From: Flavobacteriaceae bacterium
GTDB taxonomy: Bacteria; Bacteroidota; Bacteroidia; Flavobacteriales; Flavobacteriaceae
Length of the DNA: 64,000 bases
Reading direction: 5' to 3'
NCBI GenBank assembly: GCA_029243245.1
Contig: JAQWSK010000013.1
Location: 16,025-80,024, forward strand
In this document: piece after piece, positions 25,832-34,907 of the stretch
How the letters are laid out: every line of letters begins with the position of its first letter
How positions within the stretch are numbered: the stretch's first letter is position 1
Notes under the pieces: model-generated
Seen by the model: only the letters and a program-made list of their open reading frames with translations
Database searches by the model: none
Told to the model about the DNA's origin: nothing
Made by a program: the position numbers and the translations under genes

Positions 25832-26492
25832 TAAATTGGGAATAATTTCAAAATTGAAATCTTTGAAAAGCAGTAAATCAAATACTGAAATTATAAACGT
25901 TTATAAAGGAGAAGATTTACTTTGCTATTTAAAACCTATTCAAGAAAATTTCACTGACCTCAATTATAATTTATGTTTCTTATTGTCTAAATGGAGGATA
26001 GAAAATCCAACAATTTCGACAGGAACTTTTCAAGTAACAGAAGAAAGAACTAAAAAATGGTTAATAGATTTAGTAATAAATAGAGAGGATAGATTAATAT
26101 TTATGATTCATGGATTGAATGATGATCCAATAGGTCATATAGGCTTGTCAAATATTAATTTTAGTAATAACAGCGTTGAATTAGACAGTGTGCTGAGGGG
26201 AAAAAAAAATATTTTAAAAGGACTAATGAGTCAATGCGTGAAAAGAGTTGTAAAATTTGGACTTAAAGAATTGAGATTTTCGGAAATTGACTTAAGTGTT
26301 TTCTCAGATAATAATCACGCAGTAGATTTTTATAAAAAATTAAATTTTAAAATAATTGATAAAATTCCACTTTTAAAAGTAATTAAGGACAATGAAACTA
26401 AATATGAAATTGTAAAAGACGTAAGTAATCAAAAAATAGAAAAGTATTATTTTAAAATGAGATTTCAAAAAGAACTTCAAAAGAAAATATAA
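25824..26492 (+). CDS. GNAT-family N-acetyl/acyl-transferase
   Basis: HIGLSNINFSNNSVELDSVLRG...AVDFYKKLNFKI resembles RimL/WecD-type GNAT motifs A/B. 8-nt overlap with the upstream gene. Confidence 0.6.
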   Translation: MVSKLGIISKLKSLKSSKSNTEIINVYKGEDLLCYLKPIQENFTDLNYNLCFLLSKWRIENPTISTGTFQVTEERTKKWLIDLVINREDRLIFMIHGLNDDPIGHIGLSNINFSNNSVELDSVLRGKKNILKGLMSQCVKRVVKFGLKELRFSEIDLSVFSDNNHAVDFYKKLNFKIIDKIPLLKVIKDNETKYEIVKDVSNQKIEKYYFKMRFQKELQKKI

Positions 26493-27635
26493 ATGGATCT
26501 GAATGCATTAACTCAATCTGAAATAAGGAATATGACCCTCGAGTGTGATAAAATTGGAGGAATTAATTTATCACAAGGCATTAGTAACCTGAAATTAGAT
26601 GTAACCCTTTCAAATCAAGCTAATGAATCAATCCTTAATGGATATAATTATTACACTCAATTTGATGGAGTAGACGAATTAAAAAAAGCGATATGTGCTA
26701 AGGCTCAAAATTATAATAATATAACTTGTGATAGTTCTAAAAATATTGTTGTTTCTTCTGGAGCAACAGGGGCTTTTTATTCTTCATGTTTCGCTTTGTT
26801 AAAGCCCGAAGATGAAGTAATAGTATTCGAACCTTTTTATGGTTATCATGTTAATACGTTACGAGCCGTTGGAGTAAGACCAATTTTTGTGAGTTTAGAA
26901 CTACCAACTCTTCAAATTAATTATGATGAGATTATTAAAAGAATCACGAAAAAAACTAAAGCAATTTTAATATGTACACCCGCTAATCCATCTGGAAAAA
27001 TATTTTCTGAACAAGAATTATTAAAACTGGGGGAAATCTGCAAGACCCATAATTTGTTAGTATTCACAGATGAAATTTATGAATATTTCTTGTATGACGG
27101 GAAAAAGCATATTAGTCCAGCTTCACTAGAGATCTTCAAAGATAATACAATTACCATATCAGGGTTTTCTAAAACATTCAGCATAACTGGTTGGAGAGTT
27201 GGATACTGCATTGTTCCTGAAGAATATCATGAAATAATAGGACATATAAGTGATTTAATATATGTATGTAGTCCTTCACCATTTCAATATGCAGTTGCCC
27301 AAGGAATTAATAAAATTGGGGATTCTTTTTACATGAACATCATAAATAACTTTACTAAAAAAAGAAACTTATTGTCTGATACATTAACTGATATCAGATT
27401 AACGCCTCTTATTCCGGAAGGAGCTTATTATATTCTAGCAGATGTATCTCCTGTAAAGGGAGATTCAATAAAAGAGAAGGCAATGAGGATTTTAGATCAA
27501 ACTAAAATTGCTTGTGTTCCAGGCTCAGCTTTTTATTCCTCTAAAAAAGGGAATAATATAGTTAGGTTTTGTTTTGCTAAAGAAGATTATGAATTAGAAA
27601 AAGCATGTGAAAATTTATTAAAATTAAAAATATGA
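26493..27635 (+). CDS. Class I/II (aspartate-type) PLP aminotransferase
   Basis: PLP-lysine motif ISGFSKTFSITGWRVGYC and PANPSGK upstream of it. Confidence 0.8.
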   Translation: MDLNALTQSEIRNMTLECDKIGGINLSQGISNLKLDVTLSNQANESILNGYNYYTQFDGVDELKKAICAKAQNYNNITCDSSKNIVVSSGATGAFYSSCFALLKPEDEVIVFEPFYGYHVNTLRAVGVRPIFVSLELPTLQINYDEIIKRITKKTKAILICTPANPSGKIFSEQELLKLGEICKTHNLLVFTDEIYEYFLYDGKKHISPASLEIFKDNTITISGFSKTFSITGWRVGYCIVPEEYHEIIGHISDLIYVCSPSPFQYAVAQGINKIGDSFYMNIINNFTKKRNLLSDTLTDIRLTPLIPEGAYYILADVSPVKGDSIKEKAMRILDQTKIACVPGSAFYSSKKGNNIVRFCFAKEDYELEKACENLLKLKI

Positions 27636-28738
27636 GAAAAAAAATCCCTTTCGCAGGTCCTTCAATAACACAAAAGGAAATTGATTATGTAATAGATGGA
27701 GTCAAAAATGGTTTTTATGAAACTTTTAATATGCATGTTGAAAAATTAGAAACAGAAATTTCAGATTACTGTGGCACTGAATATGCAATTGCTACTCATA
27801 CTTGTACGCTAGCAATGCATTTAGCTTGTCTATGTTTAGACCTAAAAGAAGACGATGAGGTTATTTGTACTGATTTTTCATGGGTTGCAACTGCCTATGC
27901 AATTTCGTACACAGGAGCAACACCAATATTGGTTGATATTGACCCTGACACATGGTGTATTGATCCAAAAAAAATTAAAAGTGCTATTACAAATAAAACA
28001 AAAGCAATTATGTTAGTTCATTCTTTTGGAGTGCCTGCTAAAATGGATGAAATCATGGCTATTGCAAAAGAATATAACCTTAAGGTTATTGAAGATGCAG
28101 CTCCCTCACTAGGCGCAGAGTTTAATGGAAAAAAAGTAGGGTCATTTGGGGATTTTGGTTGTTTTAGCTTTCATGGTGCTAAAATTGCTGTTACAGGTGA
28201 AGGGGGAATGCTTTTGACAAATAATAAAAAACTATATGAGAAAGCCAGATTGTTTGTTGCAATGGGAAGAACAGATCGCAAAGCAGTATTCTGGTCTGAT
28301 AGTATTGGTTATCAATATACAATGGGAAACTTAACAGCGGCTCTAGCTTTAGCTCAAGTTCAACGGATAGAAGAACTTGTGTCCATGAAGAGATCAATAT
28401 TTGACAGATATGAAAAAAACCTTTCAGGAATTGAAGGTATTAAGATGATAAAAGAAAAAGAAAATACTAGAGCTAATTATTGCTATCCTTCTCTTCTTCT
28501 TCAACCCTCAATTAAAACAAATAGAGATGACATATTAAAACATTTTAAAGAGAACAATATTCATGCAAGACCCGGTTTTCCTAGAATGAGTGAATTCCCT
28601 TCCCTTAAAAAAACCTATGAAAACCCAGTTGCAGAAATGGCTGAAAAAAGAGGAATTTCACTTCCTTCAGCAGCAAACATAACAAATAATGATATTGATT
28701 TTGTATGTGAAAGATTAATTTATATGATCAAAAACTAA
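27632..28738 (+). CDS. DegT/DnrJ/EryC1/StrS-family sugar aminotransferase
   Basis: GCFSFHGAKIAVTGEGGML with the PLP Lys retained. 368 aa. Confidence 0.85.
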   Translation: MRKKIPFAGPSITQKEIDYVIDGVKNGFYETFNMHVEKLETEISDYCGTEYAIATHTCTLAMHLACLCLDLKEDDEVICTDFSWVATAYAISYTGATPILVDIDPDTWCIDPKKIKSAITNKTKAIMLVHSFGVPAKMDEIMAIAKEYNLKVIEDAAPSLGAEFNGKKVGSFGDFGCFSFHGAKIAVTGEGGMLLTNNKKLYEKARLFVAMGRTDRKAVFWSDSIGYQYTMGNLTAALALAQVQRIEELVSMKRSIFDRYEKNLSGIEGIKMIKEKENTRANYCYPSLLLQPSIKTNRDDILKHFKENNIHARPGFPRMSEFPSLKKTYENPVAEMAEKRGISLPSAANITNNDIDFVCERLIYMIKN

Positions 28739-28748
28739 TTAATTTAAA

Positions 28749-29804
28749 ATGAATCGACTTTCTCAAATTAAACTATCAATCATAATTGCTACTTTTAATA
28801 GGGAAAAAAGACTTAAAAAGAGTCTTCCATTGTTGTTGTCTGAAGATTCAGATCAATTTGAATTTATAATTATTGACAATAATTCTTCTGATAAAACTCA
28901 GCAATTAGTTTCCTCTTTTTCTAAAAATGACAATAGGATAAGATACTTTAAAAATCATTCAAACATTGGAGCTAATAGAAATTATTATAGAGGATATTTA
29001 GAGGCGAAATCAAATTGGATTTGTTTTATGTCGGACGACGATTTTATTCAACATGGGTTTTTGTCTGAACTTATTCAAATAATAGATAAAAATCAAGATT
29101 GTGGTTTAATCATAAACTCAAATGATAATAGTGGTGATCTTAATCTAACTCAATCCAGAAGAATTAAATCAGGAATAGATGCTTTAAAACTTTCATTTAA
29201 GCTTTCGGGAGTTTTAACTGGATTAACTATTAACAAGAAACTTATTAAACAAGAATACTGGACTCTAGACAACAGTATATATCCACAGATAAGCTTGGCT
29301 TCAAATTTATCATTAAAGAATGACTTATATATAAACATTCCTAAAAATAAAATTATAATTGGTAAAGAGGACACTATTAATTTTATAATTAGTAATAGAC
29401 CTCTAGATTTAGGAATATTTGAAAGATTAGAAATTCTTTTGCAGGTGTCAAATAATTTAAATAATAATCAACGATTAAAATTTATAAATTCTTTATCAGT
29501 CACATTGTTTAATTGGGCAATTAATACTTCAAAAGAAATGTATTCAGTAAATAAAAATTATAGTTTATTTTTTTTAAAAAATCTGATGAAAAACTCTTTT
29601 ATAAAGAGTTCTATTTCCTTTCACGTAATTTTAATTATTAAATATATTTTTAATAAAAAAATTAATTTAATAATTAAAATTACAATTGGATTACACATTT
29701 TAAAATCTCTTTTTTTATCAATATTTAATAAAAATTTATACCAAAGTCTTTATTATACAGCTTATAACTTTAATAATAAAAAATTGAAAAATTTAAAGAC
29801 ATGA
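28749..29804 (+). CDS. Glycosyltransferase family 2
   Basis: LSIIIATFNREKRL, FIIIDNNSSDKT and CFMSDDDF (DxD region). Confidence 0.75.
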   Translation: MNRLSQIKLSIIIATFNREKRLKKSLPLLLSEDSDQFEFIIIDNNSSDKTQQLVSSFSKNDNRIRYFKNHSNIGANRNYYRGYLEAKSNWICFMSDDDFIQHGFLSELIQIIDKNQDCGLIINSNDNSGDLNLTQSRRIKSGIDALKLSFKLSGVLTGLTINKKLIKQEYWTLDNSIYPQISLASNLSLKNDLYINIPKNKIIIGKEDTINFIISNRPLDLGIFERLEILLQVSNNLNNNQRLKFINSLSVTLFNWAINTSKEMYSVNKNYSLFFLKNLMKNSFIKSSISFHVILIIKYIFNKKINLIIKITIGLHILKSLFLSIFNKNLYQSLYYTAYNFNNKKLKNLKT

Positions 29805-30703
29805 AAATTATTAGCAAACTAAATTTATTTTTAAAAAATAATAATCTTAAATTCAATTATGTTGATGTAGGTGCTAGATGGGATATTTCTAATTTATGGA
29901 AAAAATTAGAAGATAATACCAGAGTTTTTGGTTTTGAGACTGATCCAGATGAAATAAAAGTATTAAAGAAACAATTTCCATCAAGAACTTATTATGAATT
30001 TGGTTTATGGAGCAAAGAAGAAAATTTAAAACTATATATAACAAAAAATGCTGCATCTTCATCAATATATAAGCCTAATTTAGTTGAAAATCAAAAGTAT
30101 AAGATTAAATATCATGATGGTCGAAATTTGAATAAAGCAGTAAATGTAAAATGTAAAAAAATGGATGATTTATTAGAAATCATCCCTGACTTTATAAAAA
30201 TTGACACTCAGGGCTCTGAATATGAAATAATTAAGGGATCCAAAAAACTACTTATTTCTAACTGTCCTTTGGTTTCCCTTGAAACTTGGACAAGAGATGT
30301 TTATAAAAACTCTCCAAGAATGGATCAAATAATTTCATTAATGTATGAGTATGGTTATGAAATTCTGGATATGGAATTGTGTGCTTCAGAAAAACATAAA
30401 ACTAGGTTTAAAACAATTTCCAAACAAACAATTAGTGGATATGAAATTACATTTGGGAAGAAAAACCTTGAAGATATTGAAGATTTTAATTCAAAAATAA
30501 AATATGTTTTATTGCTTGATCTTTTTGGTTATAAGGACATGTCGTTATACTTAAATGAAAATTATATTAAAAATTCGGACATAAACTCATACTTATTATC
30601 CAGTAGTAGAGTAAAAAATAATTTTGGTGTATTATTTAGAAAATTTATAAAAATCTTTTGGATGAGAGTCATAGGAGAACCTTATTTTAAGATTAGTGAC
30701 TAA
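29801..30703 (+). CDS. FkbM-family methyltransferase
   Basis: FIKIDTQGSEYEIIKGS is the FkbM-type motif. ATGA overlap with the GT2 gene. Confidence 0.7.
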   Translation: MKIISKLNLFLKNNNLKFNYVDVGARWDISNLWKKLEDNTRVFGFETDPDEIKVLKKQFPSRTYYEFGLWSKEENLKLYITKNAASSSIYKPNLVENQKYKIKYHDGRNLNKAVNVKCKKMDDLLEIIPDFIKIDTQGSEYEIIKGSKKLLISNCPLVSLETWTRDVYKNSPRMDQIISLMYEYGYEILDMELCASEKHKTRFKTISKQTISGYEITFGKKNLEDIEDFNSKIKYVLLLDLFGYKDMSLYLNENYIKNSDINSYLLSSSRVKNNFGVLFRKFIKIFWMRVIGEPYFKISD

Positions 30704-30869
30704 AATTATATGTTATTACTAAATTATATAATGTAGAAAATATAATTACTATTTATACTGCAAGGGAATCTGTTTCAAAAATTGATTATTTTAATTAATG
30801 ATAAAGCAATCTCAGACAAGTCTTTTTTTAAAGATTAATTGATATAAAATTCAATTATTTTAATAATTC

Positions 30870-31844
30870 ATGATAAAATTTAAAGATAAAACTATAAAGA
30901 AATTAATTTCAAAAAGGCAAATAAATAATTTAAACTCAATTGCATTTATTTCATCTCCTTTACAAATGATATGCTTAAAAGAATTATTATTTTATAAAAG
31001 TATTAATAATTTAAAAGTAGTAATTGTAAATAAAAATGATTACGATGATAATGTTAATCAGATAAAAAAAGTTGCTGAAAATTTGCAAATTCATATATCA
31101 AATATATTTATCCATAATAAAAGATTAAGTTATTTCAAACTTTTTTTTAAATATGCATTAAGAAAAGAAAATATTTTAATCCTTGGTGCCTATTATAATT
31201 CTGTATTTTATTTTTTGAGTAAAATAATTAATTATAAAAAATTATTATTTGTTGACGATGGATTGGAAACAGCTTTTATTGGAAGGTTAAATGTTACAAA
31301 TGAGTTTTTGACAAACAAAATATTTAAATGGAAATATCCTTCATCTAGAATGCATTTTAGTGCTTTTAAAGATCTTGATATCAATTATTTTAGTCAGAAT
31401 AATTTTTTATTTATAAAAAAACGAATAAAATTTAAAACTATTAATAATTCTATTTTTTTATTAGGAAGTAACTTTATTGAATCTGATATGTTAACTTTTG
31501 ATCAATATCAATATTATATTAAAAAAATAAAAAACAGATATTCTTCTAAAAATATTTTTTATTTACCCCATAGAAGAGAAGATGCTTCAAACTTTAGTAG
31601 GTATGGAATAGAAATATTGAAGCCCGAAGTTTGTTTTGAAGTTTATCTATCTTTAATAGAGAGTCTTCCGAAATGTATTATAGGATTTTATTCTACAGCA
31701 CTAATAACTTCTAAAATTATTTTATCAGAAAACGATAAAGTTGAAATTATAAATGTTCCTATAAAATTTAATGAAAATGATGATGAAAGAAAAAATATAT
31801 ATAACGAAGTTTTAATTAAAAACAAAATAAAAAATATTTTTTAA
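30870..31844 (+). CDS. Hypothetical protein, possibly a GT52/GT38 (sialyl-/polysialyltransferase-like) glycosyltransferase
   Basis: N-terminus IAFISSPLQMICLKELL, later YLPHRRED and PEVCFEVYL...GFYSTALITS. These resemble the SPLQ...HP...E pattern of GT52/polyST families. The match is by eye only. Confidence 0.3.
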   Translation: MIKFKDKTIKKLISKRQINNLNSIAFISSPLQMICLKELLFYKSINNLKVVIVNKNDYDDNVNQIKKVAENLQIHISNIFIHNKRLSYFKLFFKYALRKENILILGAYYNSVFYFLSKIINYKKLLFVDDGLETAFIGRLNVTNEFLTNKIFKWKYPSSRMHFSAFKDLDINYFSQNNFLFIKKRIKFKTINNSIFLLGSNFIESDMLTFDQYQYYIKKIKNRYSSKNIFYLPHRREDASNFSRYGIEILKPEVCFEVYLSLIESLPKCIIGFYSTALITSKIILSENDKVEIINVPIKFNENDDERKNIYNEVLIKNKIKNIF

Positions 31845-31866
31845 ATGTCAATTAAATAAATTTATT

Positions 31867-32997
31867 ATGATTGAGCTTACCACCCCATGTAAAGAAGGAT
31901 GTGAGATTAAATATATTAATAAAGCTCTAGAGAGCAATGATTTTTCTGGAAGTGGGACTTTTAATAACATGTGTCAGAATTGGTTTAAGGATTATCTAGG
32001 AGCATCTATAGCGCTTACCACAAGCTCATGTTCACATGCATTAGACATGTCAGCCCTTATTCTGGATATTAAAAAAGGTGATGAGGTTATTATGAGTAGT
32101 TTCAACTTTGTGAGTGCAGCAAATTCTTTTGCTGCCAGGGGTGCAAAAATTATTTTTATTGATGTAAATCCTGACACAATGAACCTAAATGAAGAATTAC
32201 TTGAAAAAGCAATTTCTAAAAAAACTAAAGCTATAGTAGTAATGCATTATGCTGGATTATCTTGTGAAATGGATTTGATTTGTGAAATTGCCAGAAAGTA
32301 TGAAATACCTATTATTGAAGACTGTGCCCATTCAATTGGAAGTAAGTATAAAAATAAATTTTTAGGAACATTTGGAGAAATAAGCACATTTAGTTTTCAT
32401 AGCACTAAAAATCTAACTAGTGGAGGTGAAGGAGGTTTATTATGTTTAAATAACAAAAAACATATAAAATTAGCTGAAATTATTAGAGAAAAGGGAACAA
32501 ATAGATCTCAATTTATAAGAGGTGAAATTGATAAATATTCATGGGTAAATCTTGGAAGTAGTTATTTGATGAATGATTTAAGTGCTGCATACCTGTATGG
32601 CCAACTTACCAAATTTGAATTAATTCAAAATAAACGACATGATCTATATAATCAATATAATGAAGAGTTAAAGGCTCTGGTAGAAAAAGATATTATTAGT
32701 ATTCAAAAAAAAATCAAAAACACTGAACATAGCGCACATCTATTTTATATTATTTTAAAAACACCTCAAATACTTAATAGATTAAAAATCTTTTTAAAAA
32801 AACATAAAATAGAAGCTTCTACTCATTATGTGCCCCTTCATTCTTCATATGCAGGAAAAAAATATGGAGATTTTCATGGAAATGATAATTATACATCAAA
32901 ATTAAGTGTAAGATTATTAAGACTTCCTCTTCACTATGCTTTAAAAAAAGAAGAAGTTAGTTATGTATGTCAAAAAGTAAAAGAGTTTTTTAAATAA
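31867..32997 (+). CDS. dTDP-4-amino-4,6-dideoxyhexose aminotransferase (WecE/RffA-like, DegT family)
   Basis: STFSFHSTKNLTSGGEGGLL and SWVNLGSSYLMNDLSAAYLYGQL are WecE-type motifs. Confidence 0.8.
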   Translation: MIELTTPCKEGCEIKYINKALESNDFSGSGTFNNMCQNWFKDYLGASIALTTSSCSHALDMSALILDIKKGDEVIMSSFNFVSAANSFAARGAKIIFIDVNPDTMNLNEELLEKAISKKTKAIVVMHYAGLSCEMDLICEIARKYEIPIIEDCAHSIGSKYKNKFLGTFGEISTFSFHSTKNLTSGGEGGLLCLNNKKHIKLAEIIREKGTNRSQFIRGEIDKYSWVNLGSSYLMNDLSAAYLYGQLTKFELIQNKRHDLYNQYNEELKALVEKDIISIQKKIKNTEHSAHLFYIILKTPQILNRLKIFLKKHKIEASTHYVPLHSSYAGKKYGDFHGNDNYTSKLSVRLLRLPLHYALKKEEVSYVCQKVKEFFK

Positions 32998-33038
32998 TTC
33001 GATAACTTATACATAGAAATACTTTACAAATATTATAA

Positions 33039-33800
33039 ATGAAAAATTCACATAAATTAACTGATGTTATTTTCAAAATAAATAGAGAGGGATATTATGT
33101 TCTTGATCGATTTTTTGATAAAGCATTTTGTGAGGAAACAATTAATGAAATTAATTATTTGTCAAACAAAACCCCAAATAAATTTAAAACCTCTAGAAAA
33201 GAAAACTCATCAGGAGATATTAGAATTTTTAAGTTTGAAAAAATAAGTTTAAATGCAATAAAATTTAAAAATAATATTTTTTTTAAAAATATTTTATTGA
33301 AATTATCAGACGTAAAGAGCCTTTTTGTTTTGGCAGGAAGAGTGGACTTTGACAATGAAAATGAAACAAATAGTGGAGGAGGATGGCACAGAGATTCCTT
33401 TTTCTCTCAATATAAAGTAATGGTTTATTTGTCAGACGTTAATACTAGAAATGGACCTTTTTTATTTTTGCCAAACTCTAAAAATTTTGATTTTAAAAAT
33501 TTTCGTAAAATTAAATTAAATTTTTTTCAACGATTTAAAAGTGTGATTTTAAGAAAGCAATTAGTAGATCTTCGAATAGATGAAAATGACATAAGCAGAT
33601 TCAAAGAAAAATATAAAATACAACCAATTGAAATTATTGGGAAGCAGGGAACAGTAATAATATTTGATGGTTCATATACGCACAAAGCAAAGAATATCGA
33701 GAAGGAATCAAGATATACCCTAACAAATTATTTTTTTAAAAAAAATAAAATTTCATACTTTTTAAAGTATTTACAGTTTAAAGATAAATTTATAAAGTGA
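33039..33800 (+). CDS. Phytanoyl-CoA dioxygenase (PhyH)-like Fe(II)/2-oxoglutarate oxygenase
   Basis: [35 protein letters not shown] (HxD) and the distal His in [16 protein letters not shown]. Confidence 0.55.
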   Translation: MKNSHKLTDVIFKINREGYYVLDRFFDKAFCEETINEINYLSNKTPNKFKTSRKENSSGDIRIFKFEKISLNAIKFKNNIFFKNILLKLSDVKSLFVLAGRVDFDNENETNSGGGWHRDSFFSQYKVMVYLSDVNTRNGPFLFLPNSKNFDFKNFRKIKLNFFQRFKSVILRKQLVDLRIDENDISRFKEKYKIQPIEIIGKQGTVIIFDGSYTHKAKNIEKESRYTLTNYFFKKNKISYFLKYLQFKDKFIK

Positions 33801-34882
33801 AAAAGAAAGCAATTATTACAGGAGTCACAGGTCAAGACGGGGCCTACTTATCAGAGTTACTTTTATCTAAAGGATATGAGGTACATGGATTTAAAAGACG
33901 CTCATCTTTATTTAACACACAACGGATTGATTATCTATATCAAGACCCCCATCAAGAGAATATTAATTTTATTTTGCATTATAGTGATATGACCGATACT
34001 AGTAATTTAATTAGGCTTGTTAAGAAGATAATGCCTGATGAAATTTATAATTTAGGCGCAATGAGTCATGTTGGAGTTTCTTTTGAAACTCCAGAATATA
34101 CAGCAAATGTTGATGGTATTGGAACTTTGAGACTTTTAGAGGCAATTAGAATTTTAGATCTAGAAAAAAAGACAAAAATATACCAAGCTTCAACATCTGA
34201 ATTGTATGGTAAAGTTCAAGAAACTCCTCAAACCGAAACAACTCCATTTTACCCAAGAAGTCCTTATGGAGTTTCAAAATTATATGCATATTGGATAACT
34301 GTAAATTATAGAGAGGCGTATAATATTTTTGCATGCAATGGTATTTTATTTAATCATGAATCACCAATTCGTGGAGAAACTTTTGTCACCAGAAAGATTA
34401 CTAGAGCGGTCTCTAAAATTGCTTATGGACTTCAAAATGAATTTTTTGTAGGTAACCTTGATGCTAAAAGAGATTGGGGACATGCTAAAGATTATGTAAA
34501 AATGATGTGGTTAATTTTACAAGCTCCGGAGCCCGAAGACTGGGTAATAGCAACTGGAAAAACCACATCAGTAAGAGACTTTATAATCATGACTTTTGAT
34601 TATATTGGTGTTGAACTAGAGTTTAAAGGAAAAGGTTATAATGAAGTCGGGTTTATTGTTTCTTCAAATAATCCAAATTATAAATTAAAGCTAGGCAAAA
34701 AAGTTGTGTCGGTTAATCCAAAATATTACAGACCTACAGAGGTTGATTCTTTAGTGGGAGATGCTAGTAAGGCACATAAAAAATTAGGATGGAAACCAGA
34801 AAATGATTTAAAATCATTAATTAAAGACATGATGGTGTCAGATTTAAAAATAATGGAAAAAGAAAAACTTCAAAAGGATTAG
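33797..34882 (+). CDS. gmd: GDP-mannose 4,6-dehydratase
   Basis: GTG start overlapping the upstream TGA (GTGA). [27 protein letters not shown] and [10 protein letters not shown]. Confidence 0.9.
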   Translation: MKKKAIITGVTGQDGAYLSELLLSKGYEVHGFKRRSSLFNTQRIDYLYQDPHQENINFILHYSDMTDTSNLIRLVKKIMPDEIYNLGAMSHVGVSFETPEYTANVDGIGTLRLLEAIRILDLEKKTKIYQASTSELYGKVQETPQTETTPFYPRSPYGVSKLYAYWITVNYREAYNIFACNGILFNHESPIRGETFVTRKITRAVSKIAYGLQNEFFVGNLDAKRDWGHAKDYVKMMWLILQAPEPEDWVIATGKTTSVRDFIIMTFDYIGVELEFKGKGYNEVGFIVSSNNPNYKLKLGKKVVSVNPKYYRPTEVDSLVGDASKAHKKLGWKPENDLKSLIKDMMVSDLKIMEKEKLQKD

Positions 34883-34907
34883 GGTTTATTAAAAACACAA
34901 AAATAAA

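Noticed and set aside
30870-31844. Sialic-acid or polysialic-acid capsule synthesis
   Set aside because: Only a by-eye motif resemblance to GT52/GT38 exists, and no nonulosonic-acid synthase or CMP-activating genes are in the window. It is kept only as a low-confidence hypothesis.
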